64,000 nt of DNA from a virus. The notes beneath the pieces are model-generated. The model was not told the origin of the DNA. It did not search any database and saw only the letters and a list, made by a program, of their open reading frames with translations. Below are positions 19,748 to 29,180 of the stretch, one piece after another. The stretch covers positions 1 to 64,000 of IMG/VR virus record IMGVR_UViG_3300021963_005690; one strand, written 5' to 3'. The position numbers and the translations under genes are program-made. The number at the start of each line of letters is the position of its first letter. Position 1 is the stretch's first letter.

Positions 19748-19974
19748 TCTTCAACTCCAAAATGTATCTTTGTATTCCAAATAGCATCACTAAGACGCAA
19801 CTTAGAATCACTAGCATCAGTCATAATTGTTACGCATTCCTTCACAATCAATTCGGCGAACTTCTCCTTAAAAATTTCGTACCTCAACATACGTTGATAG
19901 TGTGTATAAGGAGCATGTTGCTCTGCCGCATAATCCTCAGCCTGTACAATAAGTTCTTTAATTCTTTCGTTCAT
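19744..19974 (-). CDS. hypothetical protein, 'KFAELIVKEC' family
   Basis: paralogous motif; ends HFGVEE. Confidence 0.6.
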   Translation of the reverse strand: MNERIKELIVQAEDYAAEQHAPYTHYQRMLRYEIFKEKFAELIVKECVTIMTDASDSKLRLSDAIWNTKIHFGVEE

Positions 19975-20312
19975 TACTTTACTCCAAATGTGTTTAATGC
20001 TGGTTGCAATGTGTTAATTAATTCTGTTTCACGGGCATGTGCAGGACGCTTACCACGGACAACTTCCAATGTTCCAAATATAAAACGTTCAGCACCACGC
20101 TCACGCAAAGCACGACTCAGACCCCAGTTTTTGTTTTCTGTCATAGCACGTTGCATATGTTTTTGCATACGACGGCGTAGTGTCAAAAACACGTTGCCTT
20201 TGTATGAAAGTGCTGTTAAACCGATGTAGTACTCAAGTGTTACTGTATCACGGATATAGTATATCACTTGATTGCGATCTGTTCTGCGTTTGCGGACGAT
20301 TTTTGAGTTCAT
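19974..20312 (-). CDS. GIY-YIG-like nuclease
   Basis: VIY....YYIG, R...H, E..LI....P.LN. Confidence 0.65.
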   Translation of the reverse strand: MNSKIVRKRRTDRNQVIYYIRDTVTLEYYIGLTALSYKGNVFLTLRRRMQKHMQRAMTENKNWGLSRALRERGAERFIFGTLEVVRGKRPAHARETELINTLQPALNTFGVK

Positions 20313-20318
20313 AGATGA

Positions 20319-20347
20319 ATTATACGCCCAAATTGATTATTTGTCAA
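20319..20347 (-). promoter_or_regulatory. sigma70-type promoter directly upstream of the GIY-YIG gene
   Basis: TTGACA-17 nt-TATAAT, ATG 6 nt after the -10 box. Confidence 0.75.
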
Positions 20348-20564
20348 ATTTAGGCGTATAATACTTATTTCTTACGCTTGATAACTTCTAGGATCTTAGC
20401 TTCAAAATGCTCTGAATAGTGGCGCTCATCCCTTGAGTTTTCGCTGTTGGGATATTCCAAACATGTACGGAGACTATCAGCAAGTTCCAAAATCTCTTTG
20501 ACTTTGGGATTAACAATGAAAGTATACTTTGACATATCGTCTTCCTTTCTTCTACTGTAAAGAC

Positions 20565-20593
20565 AGTGTAGCATAAAGCCCATTTATTGTCAA
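20565..20593 (-). promoter_or_regulatory. sigma70-type early promoter
   Basis: TTGACA-ataaatggg...-TACACT, 17 nt spacer. Confidence 0.65.
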
Positions 20594-20712
20594 ATATTGG
20601 CAAAAATCGCTAGAAGTGTATCAGAGTGTATACCTGAGTATTCTAGCGATTTTGAAGCCCCTGAGGGGGCTAAATGAGTACTTTTGTTTCTTAAAAATGT
20701 AATACTTAAGTA

Positions 20713-21006
20713 TTAGTGAATTACTTGACCTACACTTGTATTAAGCCACGTTTTAATTTCTTTACGTAATTCTTTTTCTGTATAACCCATTTCTCCTAAA
20801 CGGGCTATTAATGAAACAAATAATCCATGACTTGCAATACCATATATATAAGTATCATCATCATTATCCAGTTCAAATTTATCTAATTGAGATAATAATA
20901 CATCATTAATGAATTCTGATGCGATAATGGCACTATGTTCAAATTGCCACATTTCCGGATCGTCATCTTCTACTTCTTTAACTATTAATAGATTCTCTTT
21001 GCTCAT
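20713..21006 (-). CDS. acidic hypothetical protein
   Basis: ORF with SD GGAG. Confidence 0.55.
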   Translation of the reverse strand: MSKENLLIVKEVEDDDPEMWQFEHSAIIASEFINDVLLSQLDKFELDNDDDTYIYGIASHGLFVSLIARLGEMGYTEKELRKEIKTWLNTSVGQVIH

Positions 21007-21478
21007 TATTATTCTCCGAGTTATTATCTGTATTTACTATCGGTGTATATTCATAATTAATTGTTTCTATATTCTCTCTAAAAATAATAGCCCCATTACG
21101 TAAATGAAATCTCCTAGCCATATTAGTTTTAGGACTTAATGTTACAAATCTAGTAACACTTGGATATTGTTCCTGAATGCCCTTAACCGCTCTATATAAT
21201 AACTCAGCACCTTTACCGGCTTTATAACTCCATATAGTATAGAATACTGCGGTTGTCGGTACTTGTGTAGTGTTATCTAAATCTTTTACATTTTCTGGAA
21301 TAAAATCATGGAAACTAACACATACCATAGCGTCCGGATTATCTTGTGATTCATCGGTTAATGCGGCAACTAATCTCCCATTACTAACTCTAAAATCGGC
21401 TGAAATTTCAGGTCTTACTGGGTCGTCTTTAATAAATTCTAATAGTTTGTGTGTGATATCTTTGATAAAGTGTAGCAT
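20978..21478 (-). CDS. GNAT-fold protein resembling the malonyl-CoA decarboxylase catalytic domain
   Basis: TAVFYTI and P.V.RF.TLSP blocks. Confidence 0.5.
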   Translation of the reverse strand: MLHFIKDITHKLLEFIKDDPVRPEISADFRVSNGRLVAALTDESQDNPDAMVCVSFHDFIPENVKDLDNTTQVPTTAVFYTIWSYKAGKGAELLYRAVKGIQEQYPSVTRFVTLSPKTNMARRFHLRNGAIIFRENIETINYEYTPIVNTDNNSENNNEQRESINS

Positions 21479-21566
21479 TTTAGCCTCAGAGTTGTGTTAT
21501 TCGTATTTAGCATAAATTCAAAATATGCTATTATTTAGCGACTTTTTTTAACCACTAAATATTATC

Positions 21567-22475
21567 ATGAAAAATGTTATTGAATGGAATGTTGGATTAA
21601 ATGGGTTCAAGAAATGTACACTAGAATTAGGAGAAAATTCTCATAAATTTACCACAGAATTATTAGATGTTCCATTTGAATATGGTCGTGATATTACGGA
21701 CATATTTAATGACCATTTATCAAATAGACAGACCAAATATGTAGAGGTATTATATAGTGGTGGATTAGATAGTGAATTAGTATTGTTATCCTGTATTAAA
21801 AACAGTATACCAGTGATAGCAATGACATTAGTTATTAAAATAGAAGGGTTAATCATTAATACACATGATTTATATTATGCTGAGAAGTTTTGTAGAGAAC
21901 ATAATATAATTCATAAACTTGTTGAATTAGATGCCGATAACTTTTTTCAGAATGGTAAACATTTACCTTATTTGACACCTTATTATATCACAGAACCTCA
22001 TGTAGCAACACATTTATGGTTAATTGAACAATGTAATTATTTCCCTATTATGGGCGGTGATTGGCCTTGGGTACAAATCAATAAAGAAAATAAAGTATTA
22101 TCACCTAGTAGACTAGAGTTTTCTAGTTATGAAAGATTTATGACTGATAAAGGTATACACGGAATTGGAAATATGGTTGGGTATAGTTTGGAATCTAGTT
22201 GTAAACTAATACAAATACATTTGAACAATCATACAGTTAATGAATCATCCGTATCTAATTTCAAATCAAGGATGTACCAAACTATGTACTCTGAATTAGA
22301 ACCTAGATTAAGAAGTTATGGATGGGAACATAATAAAACTAATTCATTTAATCTAATAAAGTATAAAATAGAGTTAATTAAACAATTAAAACCTACTATC
22401 CCACTTATTAAATGGAATAACACCATTAAAACACTATTAAACACACCTGTAACAGAAAATGACAAATTCAACTAA
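21567..22475 (+). CDS. PP-loop (ATP pyrophosphatase-like) protein
   Basis: YSGGLDSE motif; paralog of 44602-45468. Confidence 0.65.
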   Translation: MKNVIEWNVGLNGFKKCTLELGENSHKFTTELLDVPFEYGRDITDIFNDHLSNRQTKYVEVLYSGGLDSELVLLSCIKNSIPVIAMTLVIKIEGLIINTHDLYYAEKFCREHNIIHKLVELDADNFFQNGKHLPYLTPYYITEPHVATHLWLIEQCNYFPIMGGDWPWVQINKENKVLSPSRLEFSSYERFMTDKGIHGIGNMVGYSLESSCKLIQIHLNNHTVNESSVSNFKSRMYQTMYSELEPRLRSYGWEHNKTNSFNLIKYKIELIKQLKPTIPLIKWNNTIKTLLNTPVTENDKFN

Positions 22476-23049
22476 ATTTGATACACATGAATCTTTTTAT
22501 CATGGATTAATTAAAAGCAAAATATGGTTATGTGAGGAACTAGAAACAGCTATATACCGTGAATGTATTAGCAAACCCTCATTACATATTCTTGGATGTT
22601 GGGATAATCTATTAGCATTCATGCTACTTACACGTAAACCTACATTCTATTATGAAGTTCATGGTTATGATATAAATCCAGAAGCAATAAGTAATGCCAA
22701 TAAAGTATGTGACATGTGGAAATATGAATCTCCTAAAGTTTATAATCATGTACAGGATGTGAATAACTATGATTATAGTACATGTGTAAACAGTATCTTT
22801 ATCAATTGTAGTATAGACCAAATGGATAGCAATAATTGGTATAATTCAGTACCAAAAAGTAGTTTAGTATGTGTTCAAACTACTAATATGAAAGATCCAG
22901 ACTTTCCGTGGTTTATTAAACAAACAACAAATAGTTTGGATGAATTAGTTGAACGGTTTAATCTGAGTAATTTGATATATTCCGGTGTGACAAACATACA
23001 ATATGAAACTAATGGTTATAAACGCTATATGATTATAGGACGTAAATGA
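22459..23049 (+). CDS. class I SAM-dependent methyltransferase-like protein
   Basis: SKIWL, ILGCW, YDIN, INCS pattern. Confidence 0.55.
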   Translation: MTNSTKFDTHESFYHGLIKSKIWLCEELETAIYRECISKPSLHILGCWDNLLAFMLLTRKPTFYYEVHGYDINPEAISNANKVCDMWKYESPKVYNHVQDVNNYDYSTCVNSIFINCSIDQMDSNNWYNSVPKSSLVCVQTTNMKDPDFPWFIKQTTNSLDELVERFNLSNLIYSGVTNIQYETNGYKRYMIIGRK

Positions 23050-23071
23050 TTAGTAAAGAATAAATACATAT

Positions 23072-23977
23072 ATGGATGATTATAAGCATTTTTCACAATT
23101 ATGCGAAAGCATAGTTTCAGAAGTCAGTACCGCAATGGCACAATTTACTGGACCGGGCGCACAGGAAGTATTAAAACAACTACATTCTAAAGAAGCTTTG
23201 GGACATGATGTTGAACCTGAACCTGCAGTCAGACCTAAATGGACTGATCTCAAAGATAGTCCTGGCACATGGTTGTTAATAGCAGGTAATAAAGGATTTG
23301 GTGCAGTAAGATTTATGGTATCTGATACTTATGGTAGAAGGGCATCAAAGTCTGGTTCGTATCAAATATTTACTAGTAATGGTAGACCTGATCCGGATGA
23401 AGGCAATATGGTATATTCTACCTTTGCAGACAATGTTACTGATGCTAATGGTTTGTTAAAAAGTATTATAGGTGATGCTAGAAAATTTTACTTTGTAGAT
23501 AGTGAGTACTCTAAACAATTAAATCAAACTCGTGGTGAAAATAAACCTATATCAGACTTTAACTCTGTTAATGTAACCACCTTGACCAAACGATTTAAAC
23601 CACTTTTTAGAAAAATATTAGTTGCTTCTAAAGCTGATATTAATGGTGTTATTGCTAGTATGGCAAAAAATGATGCTCATCACAAAGTAGATAAAAAAAT
23701 TGACCAAGTAAAATTAATTGACCAGGCAATCCAGGGTTTAGATAACAATGAGATAAGTGACGTCCTTGGCAATGCAGTTAGTGCTAGCGTAATATTAACA
23801 GCAAGATATTACTATCCGCAACTTACTGGTAATGTAACTAGTGGTTATAGATATCGTGATAATGGTTTAATGGCAGAAAGAAATGACGGTGTGATAAAGG
23901 TATTAGCAGATATATCTAACGGAGATAGAGAGAAATTAAGTGCTGTTCTCGCATATCTAAAAAGGAGTTTAGTATAA
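23072..23977 (+). CDS. hypothetical protein (possible virion protein)
   Basis: 301 aa; TAAATA box upstream. Confidence 0.65.
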   Translation: MDDYKHFSQLCESIVSEVSTAMAQFTGPGAQEVLKQLHSKEALGHDVEPEPAVRPKWTDLKDSPGTWLLIAGNKGFGAVRFMVSDTYGRRASKSGSYQIFTSNGRPDPDEGNMVYSTFADNVTDANGLLKSIIGDARKFYFVDSEYSKQLNQTRGENKPISDFNSVNVTTLTKRFKPLFRKILVASKADINGVIASMAKNDAHHKVDKKIDQVKLIDQAIQGLDNNEISDVLGNAVSASVILTARYYYPQLTGNVTSGYRYRDNGLMAERNDGVIKVLADISNGDREKLSAVLAYLKRSLV

Positions 23978-25194
23978 TGAGAGCAATACACTTTTTAGCA
24001 GAAGCTGATATCAGCACTAATATAATGAAAGATCCTAAGCTAGCAAAAATGTTAGCTATAGCTGTCAGACATGATAGAACATTCCCAAAAAATGAAATAG
24101 CAGATATGGGTCCAAGACCTACTGTTGCTGATTATGTTCAAGCTTGGAGTAAATTAGTTAATCAAACACTAGCTAAGAATGACTACGGTGATCTAAGTAA
24201 AGAAGGTAAGTTTGATAATTGGTTATTAAAACTATATAATAATCACGCAATAGATTATGAAGATTTGAATGGTGAAGGTGGTGACGCATTGGGTGCATGG
24301 CAAGCATTAAGCACACGTGGTTTATTAAAGAAGCCAGACCAAGACTTTAATAAGTTTTCTAGTATACGGTCATTACAACAGGCAATGGAAAAAGACGAGT
24401 ATCGTAATACTCTAAGAAGAATCAAAGATGCTGAAGCATTAGAAAAACATAAACGCACTAGAAAAGAAATAGTACTATTAGATAATGACAGATTTCATGT
24501 TATAATGCCATTAAACTATGGTGCTTGTTATACATTTAATAATCAAACAGGACACATGAGTAATTTCTGTACCGGTGGTTCTAGTGGATTGAATTGGTTT
24601 AATAATTATGCTCCTGATGGTCCTATCATTAGTATAATTGATAAACAAAATGTTGATAATAAGAACGGTAAGTGGCAACTACATGCGCCTACTAGTCAAC
24701 TTGTAAATAGTACGCAGGATCAAAGATATAACAGAACTGGAGCCGATCTTGAGTTTTCTAAAAGATTCCCTGGTTTAATGAAAGAAATTGTTAGAGCTAT
24801 GCTTACAAAAGCAGGTGAAGTAAAAACCGGCAGTAAAGAAATTAGTCCACCTGATGGATATGATGTTAGAGAAGCGGCTAAACAAATAGTAGCAAAATTT
24901 CCTCAAAGTTATAAATCAGTACCAGGTGCGCCGGGCAAAGAAGAAGTGCCTGATAATGTTTTTGTAAATCAACCAGCAGAACCGGAACCAACTCAGGCAA
25001 CGCAACCTACTGAGCCTGAAGGTCCACGTATAAGTGATTGGAGAATCTATAATGCAGGAAGACAGGTTGCTACAGCAGTAAATAAAACACAACAGCAAGC
25101 TATGCAAGAACTAGAAAAATATGCTGTAAAGAATAGAATACCTAGAGGTCGTATGTATATGAGTGATTATTCTAACAATCAAATAGTCAGATGA
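23977..25194 (+). CDS. hypothetical protein (possible virion protein)
   Basis: 405 aa; FCT...WF..Y...GP...KWQLH block. Confidence 0.65.
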   Translation: MRAIHFLAEADISTNIMKDPKLAKMLAIAVRHDRTFPKNEIADMGPRPTVADYVQAWSKLVNQTLAKNDYGDLSKEGKFDNWLLKLYNNHAIDYEDLNGEGGDALGAWQALSTRGLLKKPDQDFNKFSSIRSLQQAMEKDEYRNTLRRIKDAEALEKHKRTRKEIVLLDNDRFHVIMPLNYGACYTFNNQTGHMSNFCTGGSSGLNWFNNYAPDGPIISIIDKQNVDNKNGKWQLHAPTSQLVNSTQDQRYNRTGADLEFSKRFPGLMKEIVRAMLTKAGEVKTGSKEISPPDGYDVREAAKQIVAKFPQSYKSVPGAPGKEEVPDNVFVNQPAEPEPTQATQPTEPEGPRISDWRIYNAGRQVATAVNKTQQQAMQELEKYAVKNRIPRGRMYMSDYSNNQIVR

Positions 25195-25202
25195 TAGCCA
25201 AA

Positions 25203-25228
25203 AAAATAGACCCCGAAGGGTCTATTTT
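25203..25228. terminator. bidirectional intrinsic terminator ending the tRNA operon
   Basis: AAAATAGACCC-cgaa-GGGTCTATTTT. Confidence 0.85.
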
Positions 25229-25829
25229 ACATTGCAGGTCCATTCCCGTTCTTGAATCCTACACTACCACCTTCTGCTTCAATACGTTTGATAACATCCT
25301 CAAACAGTATAGGTCTATAGTCTGTATGCTCAACACAAACACAATGATAACGAACATCAATATAATGTCTAGTACCACGTTGGTGAAACTCATGTAATGT
25401 TTCAACATGTTTCATTACACGATTAGCATGTAAGTGACCGTGAATGTTAGTGCCAAATCGACCCAATGATTCAGTATGAATTGGTATATGACTTAATATC
25501 ATACCGTTCATAACATGATACGCACGTAGTTCACGGAAGTACTGTCTATATTCATCATCACGGAAGATATCGTGGTTACCACGAATCAATACTTTATCAC
25601 CGTTTAAACGACCCATAATCTTTAATGCTTTTCTATTGATAACAACATCACCACAATGATATACTTTATCATTAGGTCGTACTGTTTCATTCCAACGCTT
25701 AACCATTTCTTCATCCATTTCATCTGGGTCAGTCCATGGTCGAAGTTTTGTAACACCGTCGTTACGTGTAAAATGACATACTCCGGCATGCCCGAAGTGT
25801 GTATCCGATACTAAAAATACTGCGGGCAT
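25227..25829 (-). CDS. calcineurin-like metallophosphoesterase
   Basis: SDTHFGH, GD, GNHD, SH.P, HGH.H motifs. Confidence 0.9.
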   Translation of the reverse strand: MPAVFLVSDTHFGHAGVCHFTRNDGVTKLRPWTDPDEMDEEMVKRWNETVRPNDKVYHCGDVVINRKALKIMGRLNGDKVLIRGNHDIFRDDEYRQYFRELRAYHVMNGMILSHIPIHTESLGRFGTNIHGHLHANRVMKHVETLHEFHQRGTRHYIDVRYHCVCVEHTDYRPILFEDVIKRIEAEGGSVGFKNGNGPAM

Positions 25830-25843
25830 ATAATTCCTTTATT

Positions 25844-25920
25844 TGGCATCCCCGGACCGAATTGAACGGCCAACCTTTGAGTTTGGAGCTCACTGCTCTG
25901 CCTAATTGAGCTACGGAGAC
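25844..25920 (-). tRNA. tRNA-Trp(CCA)
   Basis: cloverleaf, loop CTCCAAA, encoded CCA. Confidence 0.85.
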
Positions 25921-25923
25921 ATA

Positions 25924-26538
25924 TTACTTTTGTTTTCTAGGCATACCACCTTTTTTCCAGCCTAGATTTTCATATTCTAAGAGTTCGTTTTTATCTATGC
26001 GTTTGGCACAATTACCGTTATTAACCAGTATTTTACCTAAATTTGCTTCAGCTACTTTAGTATTATGTGCATCAGACCTAGACATTTTAGCGATTGTCTG
26101 CATATGAAGGCGATGTGCTTCAGGATCCTTTTTAGACCAATTATTATCAGAAAGTTTTTTCCTAGTTTTGTCAGTAATTTTTTGTTTCAATGATGCCTGT
26201 CTTTGTTTTTCTTTAGTGGCATCGGTGTGCTTTAATCCAGTAAAGGCTCCCACGATACCTGGATTTCCACCACTGCCTCCTATTTTTAAATTATATGATA
26301 GAGGATCATTTATTAAATTTTCAGTAACAATTTGTCTTTCTAAATCAAACATTTCAATCTTTGAATTTGCAAAATGCAATATTTCCACTTTAAAATTCTC
26401 ATGCCCATATTTTTTTATGGCATGTTTTAAATGTTTGCCGGATCCTAAATAACCATCATTAATATTTGCAGTTTGATGACAACCCACATAATATTTATTA
26501 TTGATTAAATTTGTAGTTCTATATATTATATAATGCAT
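25924..26538 (-). CDS. GIY-YIG homing endonuclease (Seg-like)
   Basis: IIYRTTN.IN.KYYVG.H...DGYLGSG, YN.K.GG, NUMOD-like tail. Confidence 0.85.
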   Translation of the reverse strand: MHYIIYRTTNLINNKYYVGCHQTANINDGYLGSGKHLKHAIKKYGHENFKVEILHFANSKIEMFDLERQIVTENLINDPLSYNLKIGGSGGNPGIVGAFTGLKHTDATKEKQRQASLKQKITDKTRKKLSDNNWSKKDPEAHRLHMQTIAKMSRSDAHNTKVAEANLGKILVNNGNCAKRIDKNELLEYENLGWKKGGMPRKQK

Positions 26539-26562
26539 AATCTATTTATGCATTTAACAAAA

Positions 26563-26593
26563 AACCGGTATGCTGCCATTACACTAGGGAGAT
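26563..26593 (-). pseudogene. 5' half remnant of a tRNA (probably Trp)
   Basis: ATCTCCC-TAGTGTAATGGCAGCATA-CCGGTT: acceptor 5' strand, D-arm and anticodon 5' strand, then breaks off. Confidence 0.6.
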
Positions 26594-26598
26594 TTTGT

Positions 26599-26820
26599 TT
26601 ATAAATTTTTTCTAATACGTTTGAGATATTCTCGTCCAACAAGTCCTTGCTCAATTTCTTCTAATGCAGTTACCATTGGTCCTGATTTAGTATTGAGGGT
26701 AGAACGATGACCACGCTTTAATTCTCTTACTCTTTGTGATGCTATAAGAACTAAATCAAAACGATTACCAACCATGTTTGCGGCTTCTTCACTTGTATAT
26801 CTTGCTCTGCTTTGTGACAT
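26599..26820 (-). CDS. rpoZ: RNA polymerase omega subunit
   Basis: VGNRFDLVLIASQR.REL..G...ALEEI..G. Confidence 0.88.
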   Translation of the reverse strand: MSQSRARYTSEEAANMVGNRFDLVLIASQRVRELKRGHRSTLNTKSGPMVTALEEIEQGLVGREYLKRIRKNL

Positions 26821-26985
26821 ATTTTTCCTTTATCTTGTTACTTTTCTAATTAATTTATACCAATAGTATTTGAAACCACGGAACACTATGATATCAAAAG
26901 TAATTACAGGAGTAACTTCTTTTACAATGTGTCCGTATGCTCTATTGATTACATCTTCACTTTTGCTCATACTTACTCCTTTATT

Positions 26986-27061
26986 TGGTGGGTCGTGACA
27001 GGCTCGAACTGCCGACATTCTGCGTGTAAGGCAGACACTCTACCAACTGAGTTAACGACCC
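26986..27061 (-). tRNA. tRNA-Val(TAC)
   Basis: cloverleaf, loop CTTACAC, CCA. Confidence 0.95.
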
Positions 27062-27433
27062 GATTTTTAACCACCTTGGTTACTATCTTTAACTTCTGAT
27101 TGACTAGCAATTTTTTCAAATGCTTCATCTTCATTCTTTTGATCCTCAATTATTCTTGGATCAGGCTTACGAAAGATATTATCCCAGTTGTTATTAAACG
27201 TTTTTAAATCAACACTATAGGGTCTTGGTAAGCTACCTTTACTCATTTACTATTATCCTTACGAGAACTTGTACGTGAATTGCTTTTTTCAATCTCAACA
27301 TAACTACGAATAAAATCCCCACGTACATGTGCATCACGAATTAGTGTTGCCGCACGTTTAACTGCTTTAGGGATTTTAACTGCCCTTGAATCATAACCTC
27401 TACATGTCATACTATTTCCTTTTTAAAAATTAT

Positions 27434-27510
27434 TGGTCGGAATACAAGGATTCGAACCTTGGACCTCTTGCTCCCAAAGCAAGCGCACTACCAGGCTGTG
27501 CTACACTCCG
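27434..27510 (-). tRNA. tRNA-Pro(TGG)
   Basis: cloverleaf, loop TTTGGGA, CCA. Confidence 0.95.
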
Positions 27511-27512
27511 AA

Positions 27513-27662
27513 TTAACTTGGTATTATATGCGGTATATATGGAACATTACGTGGACCATGTCGTTGTTCAAGTAGTTTTTTAGCTTCTTGCACATTTGGT
27601 GCGTACACTTTGTCCTTCTTATCACCTTCCGGTGTTCTTACTGTTGCTTCATACATTGGCAT
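27513..27662 (-). CDS. small hypothetical protein (49 aa, MPMYEATV...)
   Basis: translated by hand; SD AGGAG. Confidence 0.55.
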   Translation of the reverse strand: MPMYEATVRTPEGDKKDKVYAPNVQEAKKLLEQRHGPRNVPYIPHIIPS

Positions 27663-27676
27663 ATAATTCTCCTATT

Positions 27677-27751
27677 TGGATGCGGGGGACGGATTCGCAC
27701 CGCCGATCTTCAGGTTATGAGCCTGATGAGTTACTACTTCTCCACCCCGCG
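27677..27751 (-). tRNA. tRNA-fMet(CAT), initiator type
   Basis: CGCGGGG start, C1:A72 mismatch, loop CTCATAA, CCA. Confidence 0.9.
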
Positions 27752-27759
27752 GTAATTAG

Positions 27760-27963
27760 TGAGACTGCTACTACACCACATAGCCCAATCTCTGAGTTGT
27801 TACACTGTCCATAACATTTATTCTTTTGGAAAGGTGTTATACCTCACCTAATGCGTTCCCGCCACTCCTTCACAGAGTACAGATGGTCAATGCACTACAT
27901 ACCTAGCACTTTCTTTGGTGACTGCCCCACCCACTTTATAACGTTAAAGTGTAAACGGGTTTC
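27760..27963 (-). ncRNA. structured ncRNA, manA-motif-like (copy A)
   Basis: about 200 nt non-coding; shares ordered blocks with 31405-31594. Confidence 0.55.
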
Positions 27964-27964
27964 T

Positions 27965-28040
27965 TGGTGGAGGAGACAGGGATCGAACCTGCGACCTACT
28001 GGTTGCAAACCAGTCGCTCTCCCAACTGAGCTACACCCCC
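27965..28040 (-). tRNA. tRNA-Ala(TGC)
   Basis: cloverleaf, G3:U70, CCA. Confidence 0.95.
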
Positions 28041-28049
28041 TAAATATTT

Positions 28050-28134
28050 TGGTGCCCTAGGTCGGACTCGAACCGACACATATTTCTACGCCAGAACCTA
28101 AATCTGGTGCGTCTACCAATTTCGCCACCAGGGC
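28050..28134 (-). tRNA. tRNA-Leu(TAG)
   Basis: long variable arm, loop TTTAGGT, CCA. Confidence 0.95.
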
Positions 28135-28197
28135 ATTTAACTATTATATTAGAAAACTATTTATCTGTCTAGTACTTTTGGGTAGCTAAATAAATTT

Positions 28198-28476
28198 ATG
28201 CTACAAAAGAAAGAACGTATACCTCTTAACCTACGCAGTAGAGTTATTGAAAGGGACGGTAAATGGTGTGTCTATTGTGATGAAGACTTGTCCGATAAAG
28301 AAATACACATGGATCATGTTATTGCTGAATCTAAAGGTGGAGAAACCACATACAACAATCTTCAAGTAACTTGTAGAAAATGTAATCTTGCTAAAGGTGT
28401 ATTAACTGAATCAGAATTTGTTGACCAGTTAAGAACCAGAGCAATGAACATTTTAAATAGAATTGGAGCGGGATAG
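28198..28476 (+). CDS. HNH endonuclease
   Basis: RD...CVYC..HMDHVI..KGG...NL...CRKCN..KG. Confidence 0.88.
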   Translation: MLQKKERIPLNLRSRVIERDGKWCVYCDEDLSDKEIHMDHVIAESKGGETTYNNLQVTCRKCNLAKGVLTESEFVDQLRTRAMNILNRIGAG

Positions 28477-28538
28477 CGGATTCGAACCGCTGACGAACAG
28501 CTTGGAAGGCTGACACTCTACCCCTGAGTTAATCCCGC
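28464..28538 (-). tRNA. tRNA-Gly(TCC)
   Basis: cloverleaf, loop CTTCCAA, CCA. Confidence 0.95.
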
Positions 28539-28543
28539 AAATT

Positions 28544-28621
28544 TGGAGCACAGAGTGAGATTTGAACTCACGGTTTTACGGATTTGCAATCCGTCGCATT
28601 TGACCACTCTGCCACCTGTGC
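28544..28621 (-). tRNA. tRNA-Cys(GCA)
   Basis: cloverleaf, loop TTGCAAA, U73, CCA. Confidence 0.92.
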
Positions 28622-28634
28622 ATATAAATACATT

Positions 28635-29180
28635 ATGAAATATTATTCACCTATCTATTTAGAAAATATTAAAATCATTCAAGAAAAGATTTTTGATGTA
28701 TTTCCTAAAACTGAATTATCAAGTAAAGAAAACTTATTCTATATACCTGATAATCTAAAATTATTTTTTGATATACCAGAATTAAAATCTGAATTAGATA
28801 ATATGAACTGGTCACAATATGTTCATTCGTTTGGTTTTTATGTAATTAACAAAACATACGGCACACCTATACATATTGATAGTGGTAATAGTCTTTATAG
28901 TTTTAATATACCAATACTAAATTGTAAAAATACTTTTGTTAATTTTTACAAAACAGATAAAGAACCTGTAAAGAAATCATATGTTACATATAACAAGATT
29001 ATAGACTATTATAGTTTTAATCCTACCGAATGTGTATTACAAGATAAATTAGAAATGACCACTCCACATGTCATAAAAGTCAAAGAGGTACATAATGTAA
29101 CTAACATTAACGATTTACCACGCATTACATTATTAATCAGATTAAAAAAAGAAATTAACTTGGATTACTTATTTCAATGA
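28635..29180 (+). CDS. cupin/2OG-Fe(II) oxygenase-like protein
   Basis: PIHID ... H.V.N...PR; start moved to ATG 28635 after TATAAATA. Confidence 0.55.
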   Translation: MKYYSPIYLENIKIIQEKIFDVFPKTELSSKENLFYIPDNLKLFFDIPELKSELDNMNWSQYVHSFGFYVINKTYGTPIHIDSGNSLYSFNIPILNCKNTFVNFYKTDKEPVKKSYVTYNKIIDYYSFNPTECVLQDKLEMTTPHVIKVKEVHNVTNINDLPRITLLIRLKKEINLDYLFQ

